Below are positions 1-9,086 of a stretch of 64,000 bases of DNA, one piece after another (the stretch's first letter is position 1; every line of letters starts with the position of its first letter). The translations under genes and the position numbers were made by a program. The notes under the pieces are model-generated. The model was not told the DNA's origin. It was given only the letters and a program-made list of their open reading frames with translations, and ran no database searches. Source of the stretch: an uncultured Candidatus Rokubacteria bacterium (lineage in GTDB: Bacteria > Methylomirabilota > Methylomirabilia > Rokubacteriales > CSP1-6); the NCBI GenBank assembly GCA_963754315.1, contig CAVWFS010000008.1, positions 128,001 through 192,000 on the forward strand, read 5' to 3'.

Positions 1-616
1 GTACTTCGCTTGTTATCGGATCTCCCATCAGCTTTTGCAGGAGCATGGCCGTGGCGCGCTGGGCGGCGTTGTCCTCGGCCAGGACGTTGTGGGTGATGCC
101 GCGGGCGAAATACCCCTCAGCGGCTGGCGAGCCGATCGCCTCCCGGCGGACCAGCTTGAGCCCCAAGGCCACAAGGCGACGCACCTCGTCGAGCATGCGC
201 GCCGTGTCGGCGCCGGTCTCGGCGATGTAGACGTGACGCCGGTAGAGGTCCACCCCGGGGTTCTCGGCGTGCATGCCTGTGACCGCCGGCACCCGAAGCT
301 CAGCCTGCACGGCGGCACACAGCGCGCCACACGCCACGCCGTAGCGGCCAGCCTGGAAGGCCGGTCCCGCAACGAGCAGATCTGGCCGCTGGGCCGCCAC
401 CAGCGACACCAGCTCGGCGATGGCCGCCTCGGGCTGCTCGGCAACGTAGTTGTCGCCACAGCGCACGGTCGCCACGACCGTGCCGTGTTCACCGAGCACC
501 TGCTGCACCGCGCGCGCGGAGCCCACGGCGCCGGCCACCACGTCTGGCCCCACCCCGGCCTTGTCTTCACCGCCGAGCTGGCCGAAGAACTGGTTCACGT
601 AACAGACAACACGCAT
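1..616 (-). CDS. grdB: Glycine/sarcosine/betaine reductase selenoprotein B family protein, N-terminal part (runs off the left edge; absent from the ORF track)
   Basis: Manual translation from the ATG at 616: MRVVCYVNQFFGQLGGEDKA...CGDNY...AGPAFQAGRYGVACG...TGMHAENPGVDLYRR...EGYFARG, matching GrdB-family motifs. GGAGG lies upstream, and the gene is downstream of grdE. Confidence 0.92.
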   Translation of the reverse strand, partial: MRVVCYVNQFFGQLGGEDKAGVGPDVVAGAVGSARAVQQVLGEHGTVVATVRCGDNYVAEQPEAAIAELVSLVAAQRPDLLVAGPAFQAGRYGVACGALCAAVQAELRVPAVTGMHAENPGVDLYRRHVYIAETGADTARMLDEVRRLVALGLKLVRREAIGSPAAEGYFARGITHNVLAEDNAAQRATAMLLQKLMGDPITSEV

Positions 617-636
617 GTGTGCCTCCTGACCTTATG

Positions 637-960
637 ATGGGGGGCCCCGAAATGGCCCCCCATTCCCCCCAACGTTCGGCGCGCCCCGGGGGACCCGCGG
701 CGCGCCTCGGTCTTACGCGTGGCTTTGGGCCCCGAAATGGCCCCCCATTCCCCCCAACGTTCGGCGCGCCCCGGGGGACCCGCGGCGCGCCTCGGTCTTA
801 CGCGTGGCTTTGGGCCCCGAAATGGCCCCCCATTCCCCCCAACGTTCGGCGCGCCCCGGGGGACCCGCGGCGCGCCTCGGTCTTACGCGTGGCTTTGGGC
901 CCCGAAATGGCCCCCATTTCCCCCAACGTTCGGCGCGCCTCGATCTTACGCTTGATTTTG
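637..960. repeat. Tandem array of an 85-nt GC-rich two-hairpin element (3 identical copies plus 1 degenerate, internally deleted copy)
   Basis: GGGCCCCGAAATGG recurs at 642, 727, 812 and 897; intergenic between grdE and grdB. Confidence 0.97.
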
Positions 961-974
961 GCGGCCCTGAACCC

Positions 975-2237
975 TCACTGAACGAGCGCTACCAGGCGGG
1001 AGGCGCCTGTCTGCTCGATCGCTCCGCATAGACCCGTGTAGCTTGTAGACACTTCCCCTTGGAGCGTGGGCGCCAGATCATCGGCTCCGAGGACCCGCGA
1101 CACCGCGGGCAGTTTCAACGGCTCTTGCGTGCTGCCCACGTTCACGAGGGCATCCAGGCCGGGGAAGTTGAAGAGCAGCATGCCTTCGCTGCTCCCGTCG
1201 GTCGACATGTCTTCGACGATCAGGGTGGTTTTCACACCCAGTGCCTCGCACTGCGCCGCCGCCTGCGCCATGTCCACGTGGGGCGCCCCTCCGCCCATCT
1301 TGGTGAACACGGCGCCATCGGCTCCCAGCACTTCGGCCACGAGCCCGGCCGCCATCGTCGCCGAGCGGACTCGCTCCGGCTCGGTAGCCTGGGCGACCGT
1401 CAATACCACACCCACGAACCACAGCGTGCGGCCGTGCAGCGCATAGAGTGTCCGGATGACGGGATGGTTCTGGATGGCAAACGTGGTCGCGTTGCGGCCC
1501 ATGAACCCCCGCATGACCGCGCCATCGAGCACCTCGTTGGGATGCACGAGGGTGGGCAGCATCCGACGGATCGGATCGCCGTAGAGGATGCCTTCGTCGA
1601 TCCCCGTCGGCCTCTGGTGTGAGTGAATCTGGAACACGTAGGCGACCCGCGGCAAGTGTTGGGAGGTGGCTGGCACGCGGGTCGGCGCCGGAAGATCGAA
1701 GACCTCCACCCTGTCCGGCTCGCGATCTCCCACGACCCGGGCCAGGTAGACCGCCGTCTTCAGCCCCGCCAGGCGAATGGCGGCAAGATATTCCGAGCGT
1801 CCTGTGTCTGGCCCTGGCCAGGCCGAGAGCACGACGTTGTGCGTCCGGGCGAATTCCGTGAGATTTGCCGCCGGTCCCGACATGTCGATGAGCGCGAGGG
1901 TTCCGGTGTTCTGGACTTGCTGGTCGGTGACCACGACCGCCACGTTGGCGAGAGCCTGGGTCCGGCCGCTGCCGGCGCGGGTCAGCGCGCCCAGCACGCC
2001 AGGGAAGTCAGCGCCGCCGTCGAGTTTGGCCCGCGGAGCCATGACGTCAAAGACGCGTCCGATGCGGCACGACTCCCCTGGATGGGCCAGGTCGATGCGG
2101 ACTCGCTGGAGACGGTGATCCGACTCGACGAGCGCACGAAGCTCGCGCAGGTCCACCTCGAGAGCGTGTCCTTCGAGGCGCGTCACCGCCCCAGCGTGGA
2201 CGGTGTCAACCTCGGACCACTGGAGTGTGAGCTGCAT
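975..2237 (-). CDS. grdE: Glycine/sarcosine/betaine reductase component B proprotein (GrdE/GrdG/GrdI family)
   Basis: 420 aa with DLAHPGESCRI..DVMAPRAK, AIRLAGLKTAVYLA, PTLVHPNEVLDGA, NHPVI and GADGAV motifs; adjacent to grdB. Confidence 0.88.
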   Translation of the reverse strand: MQLTLQWSEVDTVHAGAVTRLEGHALEVDLRELRALVESDHRLQRVRIDLAHPGESCRIGRVFDVMAPRAKLDGGADFPGVLGALTRAGSGRTQALANVAVVVTDQQVQNTGTLALIDMSGPAANLTEFARTHNVVLSAWPGPDTGRSEYLAAIRLAGLKTAVYLARVVGDREPDRVEVFDLPAPTRVPATSQHLPRVAYVFQIHSHQRPTGIDEGILYGDPIRRMLPTLVHPNEVLDGAVMRGFMGRNATTFAIQNHPVIRTLYALHGRTLWFVGVVLTVAQATEPERVRSATMAAGLVAEVLGADGAVFTKMGGGAPHVDMAQAAAQCEALGVKTTLIVEDMSTDGSSEGMLLFNFPGLDALVNVGSTQEPLKLPAVSRVLGADDLAPTLQGEVSTSYTGLCGAIEQTGASRLVALVQ

Positions 2238-2270
2238 GGCGACCCTCCAGAGAGAGCGTCGGTTCGCCGA

Positions 2271-2681
2271 CTAGACTCTCGCGACCGGCTCGTCGGGATG
2301 AGCCGGATTGGGCACCAGGCGCCGAGCCCGGCAGTCCACGAACAAATCGAGCTTTTCTAGCACGGTCTGGCCGATCAGGACGTCGTCGCCCAGCACCAGA
2401 GCGTCTTCCAGAGTATCTCGCCCCTCCAGCTCGACGACGAGGGGTTCGGTCACGCTCACGATCTCCTTGCGTCCGTCCGCGTATTCGGCCACCTGCTGAC
2501 CGCGAACCCCGAGGCCCAGGCGGGCGGCGACCCGGGCTGGCAGGACCGTGCGGACGGCTCCGGTATCGACGAGCGCATCCGTCTCGAACGTCCTGACTTG
2601 ATCGGGCGCGAGCATGCCTCGGCGGACGAGTCCCTCGTCAACCGCGTTCGTCAGCCTGGCTTTGACCCGGACCTCGCCCAT
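2271..2681 (-). CDS. Clan AA (retropepsin-like) aspartic protease
   Basis: MGEVRVKARLTN...ALVDTGA catalytic motif...LIGQTVLE. Start placed at ATG 2681. Confidence 0.85.
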   Translation of the reverse strand: MGEVRVKARLTNAVDEGLVRRGMLAPDQVRTFETDALVDTGAVRTVLPARVAARLGLGVRGQQVAEYADGRKEIVSVTEPLVVELEGRDTLEDALVLGDDVLIGQTVLEKLDLFVDCRARRLVPNPAHPDEPVARV

Positions 2682-2828
2682 GGTGCGCCCACGATGATCA
2701 GCCACCGCCCTTCGCATCTCAATGTCCACTTCATGATACGTCCAGCGGCGATCGTCCTGTGGGGCAAGTAGGCGGCGTGCATAGTGAGATAGAGGCGAAA
2801 ACCCGGCGCATTACCTTAGCTTCCGGCG

Positions 2829-2859
2829 AGGAGCCCCGGTCGTTCCCCGGGGCTCCTTT
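2829..2859. terminator. GC-rich hairpin, possible intrinsic terminator
   Basis: AGGAGCCCCGG-N7-CCGGGGCTCCT with only a short T run on the + strand; lies downstream of the CHRD gene. Confidence 0.45.
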
Positions 2860-2915
2860 GATGAGCGGGCCGCGCGCCGGGTTAGTGCTCGGCTGACGGT
2901 ACGCTCTGGAAGGGA

Positions 2916-3522
2916 TCAGTCATCGTCGTGATCATGATCCAGCTGGCCGCGGATCTCGCCGGGGGGGAACCGGTCGGTGTGGACGTTCGCGTAGATCGCG
3001 CCGGTCCGGAGGGCTGCCAGAAGGGCAGCGAAACCATCCTCGCCGGCGGGGAATCCCTGGCCAGCAAGCCCGAGAACGTTCTCCGGACGGATGATCCCTG
3101 TCACTTTCCCCGAAGGGCTCGGGCAGGTCGGGGTATCCGCGCCCGGAGGCCGGCGCGGGATTGTCCGCCGACTGGCACAGCCACACAGTGATGCCACCGG
3201 TGGTGTGCTTCTGGCCGAAGTGGAGGTGGGCCTGGTTGACGAATTGGGCGCCGACGACCGGCGTGGCGCCGGCGTCGGGGAAGGCGTAGGTCAGCTCGTA
3301 GTGGATCTCACGATCCTGCTTGTCGATCTTGAGCTTGATTCGACCGCTGCCGGTACTGAAGATGGCGTGCCGACTGCCGAGGTTCGGCTCGGCGCATGCA
3401 CTTCGTTGAATCCCGAGAGAGTAGAGTGCAGATGTCGGTTGTCGTCGGCCTGGCCCGTTGTGGGTACCAGAAGGCCGAGCAGGCCGGCCGCCAGCCACGA
3501 AGGCTCTCAAGTAACTGCTCAT
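2916..3522 (-). pseudogene. CHRD domain-containing secreted protein, frameshifted (about 3 indels; probably sequencing error)
   Basis: Pieces in different frames join up as signal peptide, LSGFNEV, STGSG, QAHLHFGQ...GGITVWLC and YANVHTDRFPPGEIRGQL, which are CHRD hallmarks. Confidence 0.8.
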
Positions 3523-3688
3523 CCTATGCCTCCTTCAACGATGCTTCGTGCCAGATGTCAACGTGACAACGACCGTTACTCAGCCGCTTCCTCCTTTCTC
3601 GCTGTGGTAGCCAGCGTCTCCGTGACCGAGCAAGAGGCCTAGGGGACCGTTCAGGGCCACGGTTGATCTAACGGCGGACAGGGCCGCG

Positions 3689-4979
3689 TCATTCCCAGTA
3701 CCGTCGAGAACTCGGAACAGGACAGCCTTCGGCGCTGGCGGGCATGTAAGTTCTAACAGGAGCCCAGCGGTGGGCCGGCATCTGACGGCCCCCGTGAAAC
3801 TTTTGCCGAGCGCGCGAAGGGCGCTCGACTACTCGAGCGAACGCGGGCATGACCTCGTGGGCGAAGCGAGTGAGCTGCTCGATCATGAGGGCCCGCGGCG
3901 TCCCGAGAGCCCAGGCGATCATGATGTGCTCGAGGCCGGGGTAGCGCTGCTCGATCTCCCGTAGGTAACCGACGATCTCTTCGGGGGGTCCACAGAGCCA
4001 GCTGCGGTTGCGGACACCATTTTCCAGGGAGGCGGCGGCCGGGGATTGCGCTTGCCGGGCGGCTACCGCGCGCACGTGCTCTTCGCTATAGCGCAGCATG
4101 CCGAGAGGCGCCATGAACTTGGCGTGCTCTTCGAAGAAGGGTCGCGCCCGTTCGATCGCTCGCTCCGCAGTTTCGTCGATACACATGCGAAAGCCGAGGA
4201 TCAACTCCTCACCGAGCTGCAGCTCGCGGCCGTAGCGGCGTGCCGCTTCCTGGTAGTCACGCGACCAGCGGTGCACGAACTCTTCGGCGGTGGCGGAGAT
4301 GACCCCCTTGATGCCGTGCCGGGCCATGAAGTCGAGGCCCCGCGCGCTGCCGCTCACGATGGGCTGCCAGACCTCGACCGGCTGATGCACGGGACGGGGC
4401 ACCAAGGTGATCTCCCGCAAGGGGTAGCCGCGATAGGGAACCTCGGGGGGAATGGTGTAGTACTTGCCCTGATGCGAGAACGACTCCTGCCTGAACGCCT
4501 TGAGGATGATCTCGGTCTGCTCTTCGAAGAGCTCGCGGTTGGCGTCGGCGTCCAGCATCGGGTTCCCAAAGCTCTCCACCTCGCGCGTGTGGTATCCCGC
4601 GGCCGATCCCGAAGACGACCCGACCACCGGTCAGGATGTCCGCGGTGGCGTAGTCTTCGGCGAGGCGGAGCGGATGCCAAGTGGGGACGATGTTAAATGC
4701 GCAGCCGATCTTGAGGCGCGCCGTATGATGAGCCAGCTCGACGGCCAGCATGGGAATGTTGGGGATACACTCGTATCCTTCGTGCTGAAAGTGGTGCTCG
4801 GCCAGCCACAGGGTCTCGTAGCCGAGCCCGTCGACGGCGCGAGCCAGCTCGCGCGTGGTGTCAAACACCTCGAGAAGCCGCTGGTTCGGGTACCGCCGAT
4901 CGTCGGCGGGCGTGCCCGCGAACCCGCACTGTTCCAACTCGATGTGGCCGACGTAGAGCGTCGAGAAGCGCTTGATCAT
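3689..4979 (-). pseudogene. LLM-class flavin-dependent oxidoreductase, split by a +1 indel near 4596-4598
   Basis: N-half has WLAEHHFQHEG...HPLRLAEDYA; removing one base restores FGIGRGYHTREVE into the C-half ORF (3689-4627). Confidence 0.85.
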
Positions 4980-5172
4980 GCTGACCTCGTGATCATCGGC
5001 GCTCGGCGGGCCCACTCGACCACACCAGGCCGGAGTGTCGACATACTATCAGTAGGCCCCCCTACCTTCGGCTGGGGTGGTGAGGTAGAATCGCTATGGG
5101 CGTTCCCCGGCGGTTCGTCCCGCCGGCACACCGCGGTGAAATTGTTCATTACGGAAGGGCGTGAGCACGACC

Positions 5173-6033
5173 ATGCGATACGAAGCACCAGAGTCGTTGG
5201 AGGGGGCCGTCGCTCTGCTGGCCAAAGCGACCGGCGATACGCGCGTGCTGGCTGGCGGAACCGATCTCCTGGTCCAGATGCGGTCGGAGGTGGTCGACCC
5301 CGAGCTGATCGTCGACATCAAGAAGATCGCCGAGACTCGTTCTGTCACCGAGGAGAAAGGCGGCTGGCGGATCGGGGCGGCCGTGACGGGGGCCGAGCTG
5401 AAGGAGCACCCGCGGCTCAAGCAGGTATGGCCTGGTGTGGTGGAGGCAGCGAACCTCATCGGGTCAACCCAGATCCAGGGGCGAGCGACCATGGGAGGCA
5501 ACCTGTGCAACGGATCCCCGGCCGCCGACAGCGTGCCGGCGCTCATCGCGGCGGGAGCGATCGCCACCGTGGCCGGGCCTCAGGGCCGGCGCGACATTCC
5601 GGTCGAGGACGTCATGATCGGGCCCCGCAAGCTCTCGCTCCGGAAAGGTGAGTTCGTCGTCTCGTTCTTGCTCCCCCCTCGGCCCAAGAGTTCAGGCGAT
5701 GCCTATCTACGGTTCATCCCGCGCACGGAGATGGACATCGCCGTCGTGGGGGCGGGCGTGAGCTTGACCCTCGGCGCCGCCGGTGCCGTCACCGCCGCCC
5801 GGGTAGCCCTCGGCGCGGTGGCCGAGAAGGTCTTACTCGTTCCGGAGGCCGCCCAGGCCATCATCGGCAGCCGGCTGGACAGGCCGGCGCAAGAACGGCT
5901 GGAGGCAGCGGCGCGGGCGGCCTGTCGGCCGATCGACGACAAGCGTGGCACGGTAGAATTCCGCATCGAGGTGGCGGGCGTGCTCACGCGCCGCGCAGCC
6001 ATGATTGCGCTGGATCGGGCGAGGACAAACTGA
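5173..6033 (+). CDS. Xanthine dehydrogenase family FAD-binding (medium) subunit
   Basis: AGGTDL, IGSTQIQGRATMGGNLCNGSPAAD and DDKRGT motifs. Confidence 0.93.
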   Translation: MRYEAPESLEGAVALLAKATGDTRVLAGGTDLLVQMRSEVVDPELIVDIKKIAETRSVTEEKGGWRIGAAVTGAELKEHPRLKQVWPGVVEAANLIGSTQIQGRATMGGNLCNGSPAADSVPALIAAGAIATVAGPQGRRDIPVEDVMIGPRKLSLRKGEFVVSFLLPPRPKSSGDAYLRFIPRTEMDIAVVGAGVSLTLGAAGAVTAARVALGAVAEKVLLVPEAAQAIIGSRLDRPAQERLEAAARAACRPIDDKRGTVEFRIEVAGVLTRRAAMIALDRARTN

Positions 6034-6509
6034 TGGCCAAGCATCACATCACGGCAACGGTGAACGGGGACGACGTCGAGTTCCTCTGCGAGACCGAGGA
6101 GACCTTGCTCGACGTCCTGCGCGACACGCTCCAGTTGTCGGGAAGTAAAGAGGGATGCGGCTCGGGCGACTGTGGAGCGTGCAGCGTCACCCTCGACGGG
6201 CGGCTCGTCTGCTCGTGCTTGGTGTTGGGCTGCGAGGTCGGGGGCCGCCGGATCGAAACCATCGAGAGCATGGCCAAGGGGGACGCGTTGCATCCCCTGC
6301 AGCGAAAGTTCTTGGAGCATGCCGCGCTCCAGTGCGGTATCTGCACCCCAGGGTTTCTGGTGGCCTCCAAGGCTCTGCTGGAGCGGAAAGCCGACCCTAC
6401 CGAGATCGAGGTCCGCTACTGGCTGGCCGGCAATCTCTGTCGCTGCACGGGGTACGATAAGATCGTGACCGCGGTGCTGGACGCCGCCGCGGAAATGAGG
6501 AGAGGGTAA
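6033..6509 (+). CDS. Xanthine dehydrogenase family 2Fe-2S (small) subunit
   Basis: GCGSGDCGAC...SC, QCGICTPG and NLCRCTGY motifs. Confidence 0.95.
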   Translation: MAKHHITATVNGDDVEFLCETEETLLDVLRDTLQLSGSKEGCGSGDCGACSVTLDGRLVCSCLVLGCEVGGRRIETIESMAKGDALHPLQRKFLEHAALQCGICTPGFLVASKALLERKADPTEIEVRYWLAGNLCRCTGYDKIVTAVLDAAAEMRRG

Positions 6510-6511
6510 CC

Positions 6512-8800
6512 ATGAGCGCGATGATCGCTGAGCATGAACTCTCGGGTTACGTCGGGACGCGGACTGTCCGGCCGGATGGCGTGGACAAGGTGACCGGGCG
6601 CGCGCGCTTCGGGGCCGACTTCAACCTCCCCGGACAGCTCGTCGGGCGCGTGCTACGCAGCCCCCATCCCCACGCACGCATCCTCTCCATCGACACCACC
6701 AAGGCAGAGGCGCTGCCGGGCGTCAAGGCCGTCGTCACCCGCGACGATTTTGGCGACCAGCCTTCGGAGTTCATCCCGGCCGGCGAGATGATGATGAACT
6801 ATCGTGACGTCGTCCGGAACGTCATGGCCCGCGAGAAGGTCCTGTACGAAGGTCATCCGGTGGCCGCCGTGGCCGCCACCAGCGCGGCCATCGCAAGGCG
6901 CGCGCTCAAGCTGATCGAGGTGAAGTACGAGGTGCTGCCTCACGTGATCGATGTGGTCGAGGCCATGCGGCCGGACTCGCCGCTGCTGCACGAGGACCTC
7001 TACACGACCGGGGTCGAGCCGAAACCGGACAAACCCTCCAACATTGCCAAGCGCGTCGAGATCACCCTGGGTGACATCGACGAAGGGTTCAAGAAGGCCG
7101 ACGTGGTCATCGAGCGCGAGTTCAAGACCCAGCCCGTGCATCAGGGCTACATCGAGCCACACGCCGCGCTGGCCACCGTGTCGGAGGACGGGTCGGCAGA
7201 GCTCTGGTGCACCACGCAGGGGCACTTCATCGTGCGGGCCCACTGCGCCCGGCTCCTCGGCATGGATATCGCACGGCTCCGGGTGACGGCTTCCGAGATT
7301 GGCGGCGGCTTCGGCGGCAAGACGGTCGTCTATCTGGAGCCGCTCGCCCTCGCGCTGTCACGCAAGGCCAAACGGCCGGTGAAGATGGTCATGACGCGCG
7401 AGGAGGTCTTCAAGTCCTCGGGACCTACTTCCGGCGCCGTCGTGCGGGTCAAGCTGGGGGCAACCAAGGACGGTCGGTTCACGGCGGCCTTCGCCGAGCT
7501 GAAGTACCAGGCTGGCGCCTTCCAGGGCTCGCCCGTGCAGCCCGGCGTCATGTGCGCCTACGCGCCCTACGACATCGACAACGTGAAAGTCATCGGTTAC
7601 GACGTGGTCTCCAACCGGCCCAAGGTGGCGGCCTACCGCGCACCCGGTGCTCCCATCTCCGAGTACGCGGTCGAGAGCGTGATCGACGAGCTGGCCAAGA
7701 AGCTCGACATCGATCCGATCGACCTCCGGATGCAGAACGCTGCCCACGAAGGAACGAAGGCGGCCTATGGTCCGAAGTTCGGTCCCATCGGGATGGAGGA
7801 GACGCTCAACGCCGTCAAGAAGACCGAGCACTGGAACACTCCGCTCCGGAAGTGGCAGGGGCGCGGGGTGGCCTCGGGCTTCTGGTTCAACATCGGCGGT
7901 GAGACCTGCGCATCGCTGACCGTGAACGAGGACGGCACCGTCTCGCTGATGGCCGGCACTCCTGACATCGGCGGGCTGCGCGCGTCGCTGTCCATGGTAG
8001 CCGCCGACGAGTTGGGCATTCCCTACGACAAAGTCCGGGCGATCATTGGCGACACCGGATCGCTCGGCTTCACCTTCCTCACCGGGGGCAGCCGCTCGGC
8101 CTTCTCGGGCTCCATGGCCATCGTGGAAGCCGCCAAGCAGATCAAGGCGGAACTGTGCGCTCGTGCGGCCAAGCTGTGGGACCTCAAGCCGGATGAAGTC
8201 GAGTTCGAAGCCGGCCGGGTGAAGCACAAGAACGATACGACCGACAAGTTCAAGCCGATGTCGCTCGCCGACTTCGCCAAGGTGGCCGGCAAGACCGGAG
8301 GTCCCATCGGCGGTTACGGCCGGATCAACGCCCAGGGCGCCGGGCCGAGTATCGGCACACACGTTGTCGACCTCGAGGTCGACCCCGAGACGGGCCGCGT
8401 CACGATCCTCCGCTACACCGTCGCCCAGGACGCCGGCCGGGCCCTCCATCCGAGCTATGTCGAAGGGCAGTACCAGGGGGGGGCCGCGCAGGGTATCGGA
8501 TGGGCACTGAACGAGGAGTATGTGTACGGCGCGGATGGCAAGCTCCAGAACGCCGGCTTCCTCGACTACCGCATGCCCGTGGCCTCCGATCTGCCGATGA
8601 TCGACGCGATCGTCGTCGAGGTCCCGAACCCGCGGCACCCGTACGGCGTGCGCGGGGTCGGGGAGACGCCCATCGTGCCGCCCCTGGCCGCGGTTGCCAA
8701 CGCCATGGAAAGCGCCACCGGCATCCGGTTCACGGAGCTTCCGATGTCGCCGCCCAAGGTGCTCAAGGCGCTCAAGGAGCGGGGCCTCAACAAGGTCTGA
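6512..8800 (+). CDS. Xanthine dehydrogenase family molybdopterin-binding (large) subunit
   Basis: DKVTGRA, GGGFGGK, AYRAPG, VEGQYQGG and GVGETP motifs. Confidence 0.95.
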   Translation: MSAMIAEHELSGYVGTRTVRPDGVDKVTGRARFGADFNLPGQLVGRVLRSPHPHARILSIDTTKAEALPGVKAVVTRDDFGDQPSEFIPAGEMMMNYRDVVRNVMAREKVLYEGHPVAAVAATSAAIARRALKLIEVKYEVLPHVIDVVEAMRPDSPLLHEDLYTTGVEPKPDKPSNIAKRVEITLGDIDEGFKKADVVIEREFKTQPVHQGYIEPHAALATVSEDGSAELWCTTQGHFIVRAHCARLLGMDIARLRVTASEIGGGFGGKTVVYLEPLALALSRKAKRPVKMVMTREEVFKSSGPTSGAVVRVKLGATKDGRFTAAFAELKYQAGAFQGSPVQPGVMCAYAPYDIDNVKVIGYDVVSNRPKVAAYRAPGAPISEYAVESVIDELAKKLDIDPIDLRMQNAAHEGTKAAYGPKFGPIGMEETLNAVKKTEHWNTPLRKWQGRGVASGFWFNIGGETCASLTVNEDGTVSLMAGTPDIGGLRASLSMVAADELGIPYDKVRAIIGDTGSLGFTFLTGGSRSAFSGSMAIVEAAKQIKAELCARAAKLWDLKPDEVEFEAGRVKHKNDTTDKFKPMSLADFAKVAGKTGGPIGGYGRINAQGAGPSIGTHVVDLEVDPETGRVTILRYTVAQDAGRALHPSYVEGQYQGGAAQGIGWALNEEYVYGADGKLQNAGFLDYRMPVASDLPMIDAIVVEVPNPRHPYGVRGVGETPIVPPLAAVANAMESATGIRFTELPMSPPKVLKALKERGLNKV

Positions 8801-8807
8801 TGGACGC

Positions 8808-9086
8808 ATGGCGCGCGTGGTGCTGGTCGGGAACCTCGCGCAGCTGACAGGGGGCGTCGCCGAGTTCGACCTGCCGGCGACGTCCGTGAAGCACCTGTTC
8901 CAGCAGCTCAGCGCGCTGCACCCATCGCTCGGACCCCACCTCGCCGAGGGCGTGGCCGTCGCCATTGACGGCCAGATCTACCAGGATGCCCTCCTGGAAC
9001 CCATAGGCCCAGACGGCGAGGTATTCATCCTCCCTCAGATCGCGGGAGGGATGACGGTCGGGGCAGGAGGAGAAGAGCGTGGCTAA
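8808..9086 (+). CDS. MoaD/ThiS family sulfur carrier (probable true end is the GG near 9050-9054)
   Basis: Ubiquitin-like sequence ...VAIDG...EVFILPQIAGG, followed by 11 extra residues. Deleting one G gives GG-TGA. Confidence 0.85.
   Translation: MARVVLVGNLAQLTGGVAEFDLPATSVKHLFQQLSALHPSLGPHLAEGVAVAIDGQIYQDALLEPIGPDGEVFILPQIAGGMTVGAGGEERG

Noticed and set aside
1..616. Selenocysteine codon or SECIS in grdB
   Set aside because: The Sec position of this family is C-terminal and lies outside the window, so it cannot be assessed.
637..960. CRISPR array
   Set aside because: Whole units are identical, so there are no unique spacers, and there are no cas genes in the window. The same applies to 59760-60132.
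621..975. Target-site duplication around the grdE-grdB array
   Set aside because: Only CCTGA (5 nt) is shared by the two flanks, which is too weak to call.
5173..8800. Aerobic CO dehydrogenase (coxMSL)
   Set aside because: The active-site loop is AYRAPG, not AYxCSFR or AYxGAGR.
7358..8965. Long antisense or alternative-frame ORFs (also 48028-49899, 57880-59883, 33274-34752, 25475-26833)
   Set aside because: They are shadows of well-supported genes in high-GC DNA and have no recognisable motifs.
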